Numbered from the stretch's first letter, positions 40,688 through 54,091 are shown. The stretch: 64,000 bases of DNA from Octopus vulgaris (GCA_951406725.2 OX597826.1:11346001-11410000), one strand, 5' to 3'. Notes: generated by a model from the letters alone, not told the origin. Program-made: numbers and translations.

Positions 40688-40709
40688 ATATATATATATG
40701 TATGTATAG

Positions 40710-40916
40710 TTAGTTACTCCAAACATAAACAAAGAGAATACACAACAATGCGAGGACGTGGAACAAGTATAGTGTTATTGGACGCTCAGGAAAGGAAAGA
40801 AAGAAGGAGGATTTGACGTTTCGAGTGGAGCTCTTTGTCAGAAACACAGAAAAAGGAAAAGTCCAAGGAAGGGAAGACGGAGAAAGAGAATCGCCAATGA
40901 AACACACGCGGTCACA
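40710..40916 (-). mobile_element. Short hammerhead-bearing element (motif 40811-40845)
   Basis: Minus strand GTTT-CTGACAA-A-GAG-ctcca-CTC-GAAACGT-C-AAAT. Confidence 0.65.
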
Positions 40917-40924
40917 CACACACA

Positions 40925-41002
<78 letters not shown>

Positions 41003-41008
41003 TATATA

Positions 41009-42000
41009 CAGGGGTTGGACAAAATAATGGAAACTCCTTAAAATTTCAAACAAATTTATTTTAATACGGAGTAGGACCGCCTTTGGCAGTAATTACAGCT
41101 TCAATTCTCCGAGGTATGGATTCCCACAGTTTGAATTCTTTCCAAAGAAATTATTGTCCATCCTTCAGCTAAAACAGTCTCCAGTTCTTGTAGTGATGAT
41201 CGTGGAGGATATCGACTCCTTACTTGTTTTTCTAAAATGCACCATAAATGTCCAATGATGTTGAGATCTGCGGACTGTGGTGACCAGATAAAATGTTCAA
41301 CTTCACTAGAATGTTCCTCGTGCCGTTCAGTAACAACTTTAGCTATGTGAATTGGTGCATTATCATCCTGAAAGATTGTGTTTCCCTCCGGAAACAGTTT
41401 CACAAACATAGGATAAATTTGATCAGATAAAATTCCTAAATAGTCTTGACTATTAATTCTGCCATGAAAGGAAACCATTGGGCCAGCGGATTTCCAAGAT
41501 ATAGCCCCCTAGATAACCATAGATCTTCCTCCACGTTTAACAGTTAGAAGAAGGCAGTCTGGGTCAAATACTTCTTTTGGCTGTCTCCACACGTATACTC
41601 GGCCGGTGGTTGGAAACAAGGTAAAAGATGACTTGTCCGAGAAAATAACATTCTTTCACTGCTCTAGGGACAAATTCTGTAGGTTTTCACTCCACTCTAA
41701 ACGCTTTGTAACGTTTGATTTTGAAAGTGGTAGTCTTCTAATTGCAGCCCACCCGTGAAATCCGGCTTTGTGCAGCTCCCGAATAGTTTTTGCAGTAATT
41801 TTGGGAGCTGTACTTTTGTGATCATTTCTAACAATTCGCGTAAGAATCCGACGCTCCCTATCTGAAAGATTTGGTTTTCTTCCGGAGTTTTGTTTCGACG
41901 AGGTTTTCCCTCTTTCTCAAAGTCTGTCATTACGTTTGAGATCAGCCGTTTTCGTTACGCTAGCGCCTGCCATACGAGCACCAACAATTTGACCGATAGA
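41009..42000 (-). mobile_element. Tc1-like transposon, 5'-truncated pseudogene
   Basis: TA|CAGGGGTTGGACAAAATAATGGAAAC terminus; IFSDKSSF, FQDDNAPIH, WSPQSADLNII(G)HLW. Confidence 0.9.
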
Positions 42001-42189
42001 TCTATAATTTTAATGTTTTAATTATATATATATATATAAATATATGTAGTAGTGGCTGTGTGGTAAGTAGTTTGCTTACCAGCCATATAGTTCTGGGTTC
42101 AGTTCCATAGCGTAGCACCTTGGGCAGGTGTCTTCTATTATAGCCTATGTCATCGATCCCGAGGTGTGTTGTGTTTGTGTGAGTGAAAG

Positions 42190-42241
42190 GTAAATTAACT
42201 ATGATGATGATGAGGAAGGAGAGGAGGAGGTCAGTTGTTGA

Positions 42242-42280
<39 letters not shown>

Positions 42281-42923
42281 GATGCTGCTGCTGCTGCTAC
42301 TACTACTGTTATTACAACTAATAATAATAAGTGTACTACGGCTATTAACACTTTCTTTATTGGCCACAAGGGCCTACACAAAAACTAAAGCACGAGGAAG
42401 ATGAGGATGATGATGACAGCGACTACAACTAAAACAGCGACGAGACGACGACGAAACGACGACATTGATGGTGATGACATGACGATGCTGTTGGTGTTGT
42501 TGATAATGACAACTTCGACGTTGATGATGATGATGATGATGATGATGATGACGGTGATGGCGTTGATGATGATGATAATGATGATGATAATAACGATGAA
42601 GGCGATGAAGATGATGTAGATGATGATAATGATGATAATGAGGATGATGAGGCGGAGGAGGATGAAGGCGATGACGACGTCATGGGCAGCGTTGTCAACT
42701 AAAATATCAACGTTTAATGTCAAAAACAATAGTAATAATAATAAGAATTGCAATAATAAGGACTGTCCCTATGTATTACGATGATCACATCGGCAAGAAC
42801 GAAAGAAACGGTACGAAGGAGGAGGAAGAGGGCGAGAGGATGAGTGGGAGGAGGACGAGAGGGAGGAGGAGGAGGAGTAAAAGGGGGGGGGAGGAGATGA
42901 AGTAAATCAACAATATCAACGAC

Positions 42924-42988
<65 letters not shown>

Positions 42989-42990
42989 CA

Positions 42991-43021
<31 letters not shown>

Positions 43022-43060
43022 CAATAATAATAATAATAATAATGATATAATAATAATAAC

Positions 43061-43092
<32 letters not shown>

Positions 43093-43674
43093 TGATGATA
43101 TAAGCAACAACAACACAAGTTCAACAGGACAAGTGTAACAACAATAAAGAAATAGTAGCAGAACATTAACAACAACAACAACAACAACACCAACGGAAGC
43201 AGCAACAATAACAACAATAACAACAATAATAGGAATGATAGTGTTAAAGCGGTCTCCCGCCAGCTTCTCTAATTGACACCACGGTGCCTGTAGACAGAGT
43301 CAGATTCCAGTTCCTCGAGGCGAAGCCAAGAACCTATTCCAAGAATTAATAGACGCCGCTCCATCTGCCTACCTGCCTACCAGCCTACCTGCCAGACTGC
43401 CAGCCAGTCAGCCTGCCTGCCTGTCTGTCGGTCTGCTTGTCTGTCTGCCTGTCTGACTGTCAGCCCGCTTGTCTCTCTGTCTGTGTGTCTGTCTGTCTGT
43501 GTGTCCGTCTATCTGTCTGTTTCCCTCGAGCCCTCTCTCACTCGCTCTCTTTCTCACTCACTCTCTCTCATTCTCTCTCTCTCTCATTATCTCACTCTCT
43601 CATTCTCTCTCCTTCTCTGTCTGACTGTCTGTCTGTCTCTGTCTGTCTCTCTCTCTACTTCTCATTCTCGCTCT

Positions 43675-43710
<36 letters not shown>

Positions 43711-44078
43711 CTCTCCCCCCCTCTCTCTCTCTCTACCTGTCTGTCCGTTTTCATTCTTTTGTCACTTCCAGTGACCACCATACCTGATACTACGACCGCC
43801 GTCACTACTACCACCGTCACTATCACTACCACTACCACCGTCACCACCAATACCATCGCCATAACCGCTACTGCTATCCACCACTACCACAAATCACAGG
43901 AATAACTACTACAACTACTATTACAAGAATTACCACCACCACCACCACCACCACCACCGCCACTACCACCATAGACCAACCCCATCAGACAACGAAGACA
44001 ACAAAAACTACTACCACTACTACTACTGGTAACCACAACAACTTGTACTACAACCGCAGCAGTGACAATTGCTGCTGA

Positions 44079-44120
<42 letters not shown>

Positions 44121-44562
44121 ACTACCACCACCACAACCACAACCATTATTAATCTTCATCCCCCGACCACTTCCGCTTTGCGTTTCCCAGGATCCTTCCT
44201 CCGCCTCTACACTGTTTACTTCCTCCTCCCTCTCCCCCTTCTCTATTCCGTTTAAATCTCTTCTCATATAATTTACTCTTTCACCTTTTTTGTATTTTTT
44301 TTCTTGTTTTGTTTTTTTGTTTCTTCTCGTAGCGACTCCCCCGTTCCTTCCTTCTTCCCCCCGACCGACCGAAGCTCTGTTTTTGAGCGTCACCGCCCGA
44401 GGTGAGCAACATGAGCAAGCCGGCCATGTTTACGCACATTTGAGCCGTTTGGATCAATTTTCAGCCTCCGCCTTAACACAATGATGGTGACCACCACAAC
44501 GGCCACGACCACAACCAGAACAACGATGTTGTTACCGATGTTGATGATGATGATGATGACGT

Positions 44563-44597
<35 letters not shown>

Positions 44598-44629
44598 TTG
44601 ATGATGATGATGATGATGATGACGTTGAC

Positions 44630-44666
<37 letters not shown>

Positions 44667-44671
44667 TTGAC

Positions 44672-44729
<58 letters not shown>

Positions 44730-44734
44730 TTGAC

Positions 44735-44779
<45 letters not shown>

Positions 44780-44822
44780 AATATAATGATGATGATGATG
44801 ATGACGTTGACGATGATGATGT

Positions 44823-44853
<31 letters not shown>

Positions 44854-45211
44854 GATGATGATGATGACGTTGATGATGATGGTGATGATGATGATGATGT
44901 TGATGATTATAATAGTAACGATGAAAATAACAAGAATGATATCAACAATAATCTTGGCGAAGATGATGATGATGGTGATGACGATTATGATAATGGTGGT
45001 GGTGATGATGATGATAATGATGATGACATTGATGGCGACGACTACGACTGTGACGATGATGATGATGATTCAGAGAACGATGATGAGGATGATCATGATA
45101 ACAGTGATGATGATGAGGGAAATAGAGACGGAAGAAGAGGAAGAGGCGAAGGAAAAGAGAGGGAAGAGAATAACAATGATGATAATGACAACGATGATGA
45201 TGATGATGATA

Positions 45212-45261
<50 letters not shown>

Positions 45262-45262
45262 A
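42190..45262. repeat. Trinucleotide-repeat-dense block: (GAT)n, (ACT)n, (AAT)n, (AAC)n, (ACC)n, plus (CT)n
   Basis: Seen directly; source of the poly-M/I/L/S ORFs. Confidence 0.95.
44333..44401 (+). other. Candidate 69-nt symmetric exon of an unidentified gene
   Basis: About 60 nt T-rich tract ending TCGTAG, donor CGAG|GTGAGC, length divisible by 3, two open frames, CpG-rich unique sequence. Confidence 0.4.
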
Positions 45263-45270
45263 ATGTGGAC

Positions 45271-45355
45271 CAGTGGTTCCCAACTTATGGTCCGCGGAAC
45301 CCTGGTGGTCCGCAAAACAGTACTGGGGGTCCGTGAACTAAATTCAAAATTTCAC

Positions 45356-45399
<44 letters not shown>

Positions 45400-45481
45400 G
45401 GATAAGCATATTAAAAGGGGTCCGTGGGAAAGCTCATTTCAATAAAAGGCGTTATTGTAGTGAAAATGTGTGGGACCACCG
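45271..45481. mobile_element. hAT/Charlie-like MITE
   Basis: CAGTGGTTCCCA terminus and degenerate inverted end; 8 bp TSD ATGTGGAC / ATGTAGAC. Confidence 0.8.
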
Positions 45482-45579
45482 ATGTAGACGATGATGATTG
45501 TACTAACAATAATGATAGCAATATGTAAAACAACACACAAAATCAAGAATAGCGGTAAATAATTAGAATGAATATAACG

Positions 45580-45975
45580 CTGACTTCAAATTTTGGCACA
45601 AGGCCAGCAATTTCGAGAATGGGGTTGAGCCGATTAAATCGCTCTCAGTACTCACCCCATACTTATTTTATCGACCTCAAAAGGGATGAAAGGCAAAGAC
45701 AACCTCGGCAGAATTTGAACTCAGAACGTAAAGAGAGACGAAATACCTATTTCTTTACTACCCACAAGGGGCTAAACACAGAGAGGACAAACAAGGACAG
45801 ACAAACGGATTAAGTCAATTAGATCAACCCCAGTGCGTAACTGGTACTTATTTAATCGACCCCGAAAAGATGAAAGGCAAAGTCATCCTCGGCGGAATTT
45901 GAACTCAGAACGTAACGGTAGACGAAATACCGATAAGCATTTTGGAGAGTGTGCGAACGATTCTGCCGGCTTCCC
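45580..45975 (-). mobile_element. SINE family B dimer (young unit within an old copy)
   Basis: Junction GAAATACCTATTTC at 45740; period 184. Confidence 0.85.
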
Positions 45976-46039
45976 GTTTTATTATAATGTTTATATATCG
46001 AGTAGGGATGATTGACTGCCATCGCTAGTAGACAGGTAT

Positions 46040-46084
46040 CCAGTACCGATGAAGGGTAAAGACCCAGAGACCATGATCTACTGG
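46040..46084 (+). ncRNA. Degenerate minimal hammerhead motif
   Basis: CCAGTA-CCGATGA-A-GGGT-aaag-ACCC-A-GAGAC-catg-ATC-TACTGG. Confidence 0.5.
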
Positions 46085-46261
46085 TTTTACCAAGCTGGAG
46101 GGTAGTGATTCGATCTCTTACTCACAATATATCGGGCACAGGTTATATGTCGTTAACCAGCTTTTAAAGACGTTTTCCTTGGGTTAAAATGTAGTGACAT
46201 AGTTCTTTATAGAACAGCCATGTTAGAGTGGCAAAACAAACAAACGTTACCGATAATAATA

Positions 46262-46470
46262 ATCCTTTTTACTAAAGGTACCAGGCCTGAAATTTTGGGG
46301 GAGTGGACTAGTCAATTCCATCGATCCCGGTGTTTCAATTGTACTTATTTTATCAACATCAAAAGAGTGCACAGTAAGGTCTTCTTCAGAATTTGAACTC
46401 AGAACGTAGGGACGGACGAAATGTCATTGAGTATTTTACCCGGCGTGCTAACGATTTTGCCGGGTTGCCA
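46262..46470 (-). mobile_element. SINE family B, old subfamily
   Basis: Diverged family B match. Confidence 0.7.
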
Positions 46471-46504
46471 CATTCAGGATAATAGTAAAAAATAAATAAA
46501 TAAA

Positions 46505-46757
46505 TGTGCCCCTTTTTTTAAAGCCTAACCAGGCTAATGGGCCTGATTTCCCGGTTTCAATGGCGTATGTGTTCCCCAGCTGGATGGGACACCAGTCCAT
46601 CGCAGCGTTACTCATTTTTGCCATGTGAGTGGACTAGAGCAATATGAAATGAAGTGTTTTGTTCAAGAACACAACGCGTCGCCCGGTCCAGGAATCGAAA
46701 CCACAATCTTACGATCATGATGCTGACACCCTAACCACTAAGCCACGCACCTCCACA
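46505..46757 (-). mobile_element. SINE family D with tail 1
   Basis: tRNA-like head GTGGCTTAGTGG...GTTTCGATTCC; matches 4794-5033. Confidence 0.85.
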
Positions 46758-47203
46758 ATGATAATAGTAAGAAGAATAAAAATAAGAATAATTGGTAAAG
46801 GTCAGCCATAACAGTCCATTTTATTCATTCGTGTGACAGCACTGTTTCTGTCTATCCCCTGCATCCTTATCTTTATTCATCAATTTGGTGAAGACTAACC
46901 CCTGTAACCCCCGGTTGGTTAGGTTGTTGCATAGCTTCCTGTAAGAACCGAGCCAGACGAGGAACGATGGTGGAGGAAGCAAGGTTTTAATGGCTGATAT
47001 AGAATGTAAGGAGAATAGAGAAAAGGGGGATAAAGAGGTGAGAGAGTGAAACATAGGTTGGTACGTAATGAATAGGCGGGGATTTAAGTGTCTGGAGATG
47101 TCCTCTCTGCCTGCACACAGCACAGATAAACGATGTATATATATATATATATATAATAAATAAATAAATATAGATATATAAACATATATGATGTATATAT
47201 ACA

Positions 47204-47257
<54 letters not shown>

Positions 47258-47442
47258 GACACCACAAATAAACGTAGAACACGAGAAACGAAAATATATC
47301 AAATATATATGTAGATGTAATATATATATGTATGTATATATGCATATATTTTATTTATTTATTTATTTCATTTATTTATTATATTGTTATTATATGACCG
47401 AACGCACGCGTTATTTCTCTATTTCTCTTCTCTAAGTAAGTT

Positions 47443-47502
<60 letters not shown>

Positions 47503-47730
47503 GGTGTGGGTGTTGGCGTGTATATAAATAAAGTAATTTTTTATAATTATGAGTATAATTATAATTAGGGTTCAGCAAAAAAACTTACTTCACTACATAC
47601 CGAAATTATACTCATAATTTAAAAAAAAAATGTTATTTAATTTTGCCGATAATGGTTCTTTTAACATGTCGAAACTACTTGGTAAAATTATTAATAATTA
47701 ATTAATTAATTTTTACCCTTTATTATTATT

Positions 47731-47809
<79 letters not shown>

Positions 47810-47819
47810 TATGTATGTA

Positions 47820-48197
47820 TGTGGTTTTCTGGGAAGAAGCTTGCTTCACAACCACATAGTTCTGGGTTCAGTCCCACTCTATGGCTCCTTGGGCAAGTAT
47901 TTTCTACTACAGCCTCGTGCCGATCAAAGCCTTGTGAGTGGATTTGGTAGACGGAAACTGAAAGAATCCCGTCATATGTTAGACCCCCTCCTCCCACCAC
48001 CGCTTGACAACGGTGTTTGTGTTTGCGTCGCCCGTCAGTTAGCAGTTCGGCAAAAAAGAAAAACAAAAAAAAAAACCTTTAAAATAAATACCAGGCTCTA
48101 AAACACAGTACTGGGGTCGATTTATTCAGTTGACTGAAAATTCAAAGCGGTGCCCCAGCATGGCCGCAATCTAATGACTGAAACAAGTAAAAGATAA
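47820..48197 (+). mobile_element. SINE family A
   Basis: Family A match lacking the internal microsatellite. Confidence 0.8.
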
Positions 48198-48288
48198 GAA
48201 ATATAGAAAAAAAGATGACGCAGAAAAAACGATGGCTATGTTATGAATTTCATAACTCGTGCACACACACGCACACATACACACACAC

Positions 48289-48329
<41 letters not shown>

Positions 48330-49294
48330 TACACACACACACACTCACACGAATACATATGGATAATAAGAGAAAAAAAGTGAAAAACTGCGAACAGTTG
48401 AAGATTAAAACATGAGATCAATGACAGACAGACATTTATAGGGTCGTGGAAAAAAAAAATTAAATTAAAAAAATTATAAGACCAAAATCTGAAAAAATTC
48501 ACGCAAGAAAAAGTGTTACAAACACCAACAATAGACGTAAAACTAAAACAAAAACAGTTTTAAAAAATAACTCAAAACCGAAAACCAAAAGCAGAAGAAA
48601 AACGTAACAAAATGTCTATGAAAATAATGGAAGAAAATGTCAGATCTATTTCTGTGCTGGGAATATATTTATAATACGAAATAATATCATAATTATATAA
48701 TTTTGACAGATTTTAAATAAGTATCATAAATATTATACACACATATGCATAAATATAGACAGATGATATTATATATAGACAAAAACTACACAAGCAGACG
48801 ACACAAGCAGACGACACTCAAACAAGCATATACATATACACACGCAGACACACAGATTCGCACACACACACGTACACACTTATATGTATATATATATATA
48901 TATCCACATATAAGTATATACGTATGTATGTATTTATTTATATATATGTATGAATGTATGTTTTGTGTGAGTAAATTAAAGGTTAGGTTATTTTTTAAAG
49001 AACATAATTTTTCTAATTTAAGATCGAAAAATTAACTGTTATTCAAAGAACGACATTCAAACAATGTAACTGCTATTGTGTGTGGGGGGGGAGTTGGTTA
49101 CTACGTATTGTCTCAATGCAGTTTGTGTTTAGTTCTCCTTCAGATTATATGTAAATGTAAAGAAAGACAAAATGGAGACTTCCTGGAGACACTGTCGCAG
49201 GATGTGTGACGAAAGATTTCAGACAAAGGGCATTAAAATAAGAAAAACAATGATGATGAAGCGAAGAACAGGCATATAGCGCATGTGGTTAATT

Positions 49295-49339
<45 letters not shown>

Positions 49340-49393
49340 CGATATTTCGTACTGAGATAAATACCAGGGCTATTTTAGAACATTTACAGACAG

Positions 49394-49441
49394 GTCTTAC
49401 AGATGTTTCCAGGATATTTATTTTATCCCTTCATCGGAGAC
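49394..49441 (-). ncRNA. Degenerate hammerhead motif in a probable PLE 3' region (about 49337-49827)
   Basis: GTCT-CCGATGA-A-GGGATA-loop-TATCCT-G-GAAAC-atct-GTA-AGAC. Confidence 0.5.
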
Positions 49442-49826
49442 GGTATGAGAGGATGGTTAAATAATAGTTAATTTAGATAAGATATAAAATAGAGAGTGAG
49501 GTGGTGGAAAGAAAATAGATGTGAGATGTGTATTGATATTGTATTTGTAGATCCATTTTTTTAGGCAGAATGGTATACATATAAGATTCCAATACCTTAT
49601 GAGTAAAATCCAATAGTATTTAAAATTATTCATTCCAAGTATAGGGTTTATACGCAGTGCTATTGAATCAAGGGTTTTATTTAAAGTGACCAAAAAATAG
49701 GGAGTGTATTAGTAGTGAAAACAGGAAGAGAAGAATAAAGAGAAAAAGAAGAGAAAAAAGAGAAAAATGAGAGAAGGAGAAGAAAGTAAGAAAATAATAA
49801 AATAATAGTTATATTTGGGTATGGTC

Positions 49827-49890
<64 letters not shown>

Positions 49891-50554
49891 CTATACCCAA
49901 ATATAACTGTTCTAACACGATTTTACATCAGGAATCTTGCAAAACGAAAAGGTATGAATTTAATCAAACATGTAAGGGGACGGATTAAATCTGCCAACCA
50001 AGGTAAGTCACGGCAAGAATGATCTCTAAACGCAAAGAGCCGGAACAAATGATACCCCTGTATCATTTCGTCAGTTTACAAGGGTACCAGTTGATCCGAT
50101 CAACGGAACAGCCTGCTCGTGAAATTAAAAGGAAAGATCACTTCTGCACAGAAGCAAATAACTGACGAGTTGCTACCGAGACCAACAATATATTGAGGAG
50201 GCTAAAAGTTTAGTTCAATTAACTACGAAAGGAAACGCACACACCACACAGCAAAAGTAATTGTTAGCACACCCACCTAGGAAGTGAGAGATATGTATGC
50301 TTGTTGAATTAATTTTTCGATCTAAATTCGATATTTAGAAAATTCTTCTTTTCACTTTATATCCTCCTGAAAATACAGCACTGAATAAACGCACGTATCA
50401 TAAGGTTGAAACGGATCATCTCTTTTCTTTTTTCATAGTGTGTGTATCTAAAACCCGGATCGCCATGCGACTCAGACAGAACAAAACTTCATACAATGTC
50501 TTTTCGTTGGAAAGCATCGGATTTTTTGTGTAATTGAAGTATGTTATATATAAA

Positions 50555-51092
50555 CTAGCTGGCTCCGTGTCGTCAAAAATGTCGGCTAATTGTAGTATTT
50601 TATATATAAATAAGGTACAAAATAATCACAGATGGAAACAGTCACACACTTCCCTTGTACACGAACACACATACACACATATACTTACACAGAGTTGAAA
50701 CGCTGTTTGATTTTCTTTTCAGTGTTGAATGTTCATCATCCCACTTCTATTGCACACAAACACACACACAAACACACACGCTCACACACACACACGCTCA
50801 CACACACACACGCTCACACACACACACACACACACAAACACACAAACACACACACACACAAACACACACACGCATATACGCACACACAAACATTCACATG
50901 ACCCCCTTTTACATACACACACATATACTAACTTGGAGTTGAAACGCTGTTTGATTTTTTTTTCACCGTAGCACTTCCATCATCCCACTACTAAGTTTGC
51001 CATCACCCCTTCCTTCCTTATTCATCTATCACCCCTTCCTTTCTCAATCATATGTTGTGACGGAAAAAACACAAAAGTATTATTATAGTAGA
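50555..51092 (-). mobile_element. Non-autonomous Helitron, second family
   Basis: A|TCTACTATAATAA start, CTAG|T end; internal (CA)n flanked by an approximately 58 bp direct repeat. Confidence 0.7.
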
Positions 51093-51189
51093 TGATAATG
51101 ATAGGAAATCAGTTGTACTTTCTTCTTCGATGCTACGTCGTTTGTCTTGGTTATATTTCATTGTTTGCTAGTAACTTGGCCGCCCATCC

Positions 51190-52638
51190 GTGATGCTGAT
51201 TCCGAATCCGCAATCATTTTTGCTCTAGTACGTCACGTTTTTGCATTATCGTTATTCTACTGTTATCAAAATTACAATTATGTGAACATTCATGACAAAT
51301 AAAATTAATGTTATGTTAAGCGTAAATTATCGTTATTTGGTATAAGAACAATAGCAACTTGGAGCACAAGTAGCTCTAAAATCTTAAAGTGAATATTATT
51401 AATTTTATGCTTTTCAAAAATAGCTTTGGTGACTTCTTTTGCGCTTATGTTGCATGTCCGTTTCTCGTTTTTTTTTTTTTAAAAAACAGCAGTTGTCTGT
51501 CAACATGCTTGGTGTCAGTCTGCCACTGTAGCGGCTATCTAGCTCTTTGATTTCTTGATGAAATCGTTCACCATGCTCATCACTTACAGCACGCATATTG
51601 GGTGGAAAAAAGTCAAGATGTGAGTGGAGAAAAGGAATTTTTAGAGACATTCTTGCCCCAAGTTGCTTATAAGCTTTCAAAAAATCATTCACAACTGCAA
51701 CATAGTTAGATGATTTTTCATTTCCCAAAATCATTTTTATAAGGGAAGCAAACTTTTCCTAAGCAGTTTTCTCTACTGGGATTTAATTTTTCTTGAAAAA
51801 GCTCATCACAAAGTAGTGTGTGAATTTCTGGTCCATTAAAAACACCAGCTTTGATCTTGGGTTCACTCTTGCTAGAAACAAACTTTTCACTGAGATATTT
51901 GAATCCTCCACAGTCTTCATTCATGGCCTTAACACAATTCTTAAACAAGCCAAGTTTAATGTGTAAGGGAGGAAGGTAAATTTTCTGAATGTCAACTAAA
52001 GGGATATATTTAATTTAACGTTGTATCTCCCTGGAGTGAAATCACTTCTCTTTGGCCACTCTTTTTGATCATAGTGATGCTTGTCATCTCTGCTGTTCCA
52101 AAGGCACGAAAAGCACTGATGCTCTGTATACCCCATTTGCAACCCAAGAAGCAAACCAATAACTTTCAAGTCCCCACATATACTCCACTTGTGCTCAGAA
52201 TGTTTAATCAAGTGCAAGATTTTATCCATTGATTCATAAGTTTCCTTTAAATCCTACATCATGTGTTAATGGTATTGAAGGTTTTTTGATTGACTTCATG
52301 CAGCAAAACAGCTCTTAGGCTTACTTTTTTTTTTCTTTTTCTTTTTCTTTCAGCATTACGAGTGGTATTTGAAAGAATTTTCGACTGATTTTTAAGGCAG
52401 ATCGAATAATTGCGTAGAGGTAACTTACTCTGCTCTGCCCGTAAACTTGTTGGAAAAGTCACTCCAATAATTCCACTCAACTATGCCTATATACGTGCTC
52501 AATACGTGCTACAACATGTGTATTTTAAAGGATTTAGAATGGGTTACCATCAAATATTTTCTACAGATGATCCAGTACTGCACTATTTGGGCGCACATTT
52601 CTGATGTTTTGCAGCATCTGTTACTTAGATTCAAAGTT
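51190..52638 (-). mobile_element. Chapaev3-like (CMC superfamily) DNA transposon pseudogene
   Basis: ICGDLKVIGLLLGLQ, LPPLHIKLGL, KAGVFNGPEI, MSLKI.FLHSHLDFFP, AVSDEHGERFHQ; frameshifts and a central deletion. Confidence 0.85.
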
Positions 52639-53899
52639 TTGGGCCATTCCAAAAATAATGCGGTTTTTTAATTGCATGAACTAAAAGTCGGAGGGGGGCG
52701 GGATAAACGACCCGCATTAACTTGCTATAAAAGCAGGTAGTAATTTTACGTTAATCTTATTCTTAGTGCATGTTTTGAAGAGTGCAGTTCGATTTTAACA
52801 TGTTTTAAAAGCTATAATGCATATTAAACATATTTTGCTTTATGAGTTCAATAAAGGCAATAATGCAATGAAAAGTGCGAGGAATATTAATATAGTATAT
52901 GGGGATCGGACAATAAGTGTAAGCCAGTGTCAACGGTGGTTCCAGAAATTCCGAGCCGGATACTACAGCCTAGAAGATGAGCATAGTCCTAGAAGATCTG
53001 TGGAGCTCGACGAGGAAGTCCTACAAACCTGGTGGAAAAAAATCCAATTGTAACTGTTGAGGAACTAGCAGAGAAGCTTGGATTTGGTCATTCACCCGTT
53101 AATCGACACCTGCGGGCCATCGAAAAAGTCAACAAATTGGGTCACTGGGTTTCTCACAAACTTTCCGAGTGTAATCGTGCGTGTGCTCTTCTTAGCTGTC
53201 ACGCTTCACGAATGAACCTTTTTTGGACCGAATAGATAGATAGATAGATAGATCTGGTGACGAGAAATCAGTTATCTATAAAAATGTCAAGCACTGAAGA
53301 CAGTGGGTAGGAAAAGGAGAAACACCAGCACCCCAGGATAAAGATCTTCACCCGCGTAAGATGTTATCTGTTTGGAGAGATATGAAAGGTTTAGTCCACT
53401 TTGAACTTTTAAACCCAAACCAAGCGATAACAAAGGAGATCTACTGCGAGGAGCTTGAGTAGCTTAAGTGAGCGCTAGAAGAAAAACAACTACCTTTGGT
53501 TTCAAGACGAAAGGTGTTCTTCCATCAGGATAATGCTCAGCCACATACAGCGAGGATGACATTCCAAAGGCTCGAGTAGTTTGAATTGGAAACAATGTCC
53601 CGACCAGCATATCCGCCAGACATTGTCACCATCTGATTATCATTTATTCCGCAGTTTTCAAAAGCATTTGGACGGAAAAAATATGAATTCTGTAGACGAG
53701 GTCAGCACATCACTGGAGGAGTATTTTTTGTCACGGACAAGTGAATTTTGGAAGAAGAGGGGCCTTGCAAGTCTACCAGATAGATGGAAGAGCATTGTAG
53801 AACACGAAGGAGAGTATATTTTAGATTAAAAAAGAACTTTGTTTATGTTAAAAATAAAAACAAAAGACGTTGAAAAAACCGCAAGATTTATGGACCCAA
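52639..53899 (+). mobile_element. Full-length mariner (DD34D) with frameshifted transposase
   Basis: Both TIRs; ORF pieces 52817-53829 with an HTH region, GDEK, FHQDNAQPH, LSPSDYHLF; TA at the 3' side. Confidence 0.92.
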
Positions 53900-54091
53900 T
53901 ATTTTAAGATTTTTATGGGCTTTTTCATTCATCCTTATTTATCTATCTATATATTTGCCTGTCTGTTTGTTTGTCTGTCTTTCTGAAGCTCTGTCTCTTT
54001 CTCACTCACTCTCTCCTCCTCTCTCTCTATATATATACATGCATACACACATGCATACATGCATATATACATGCATACATACGAACATACA

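Noticed and set aside
44481-45445. Poly-Met and poly-His protein ORFs
   Set aside because: Translations of (GAT)n, with no non-repetitive coding context.
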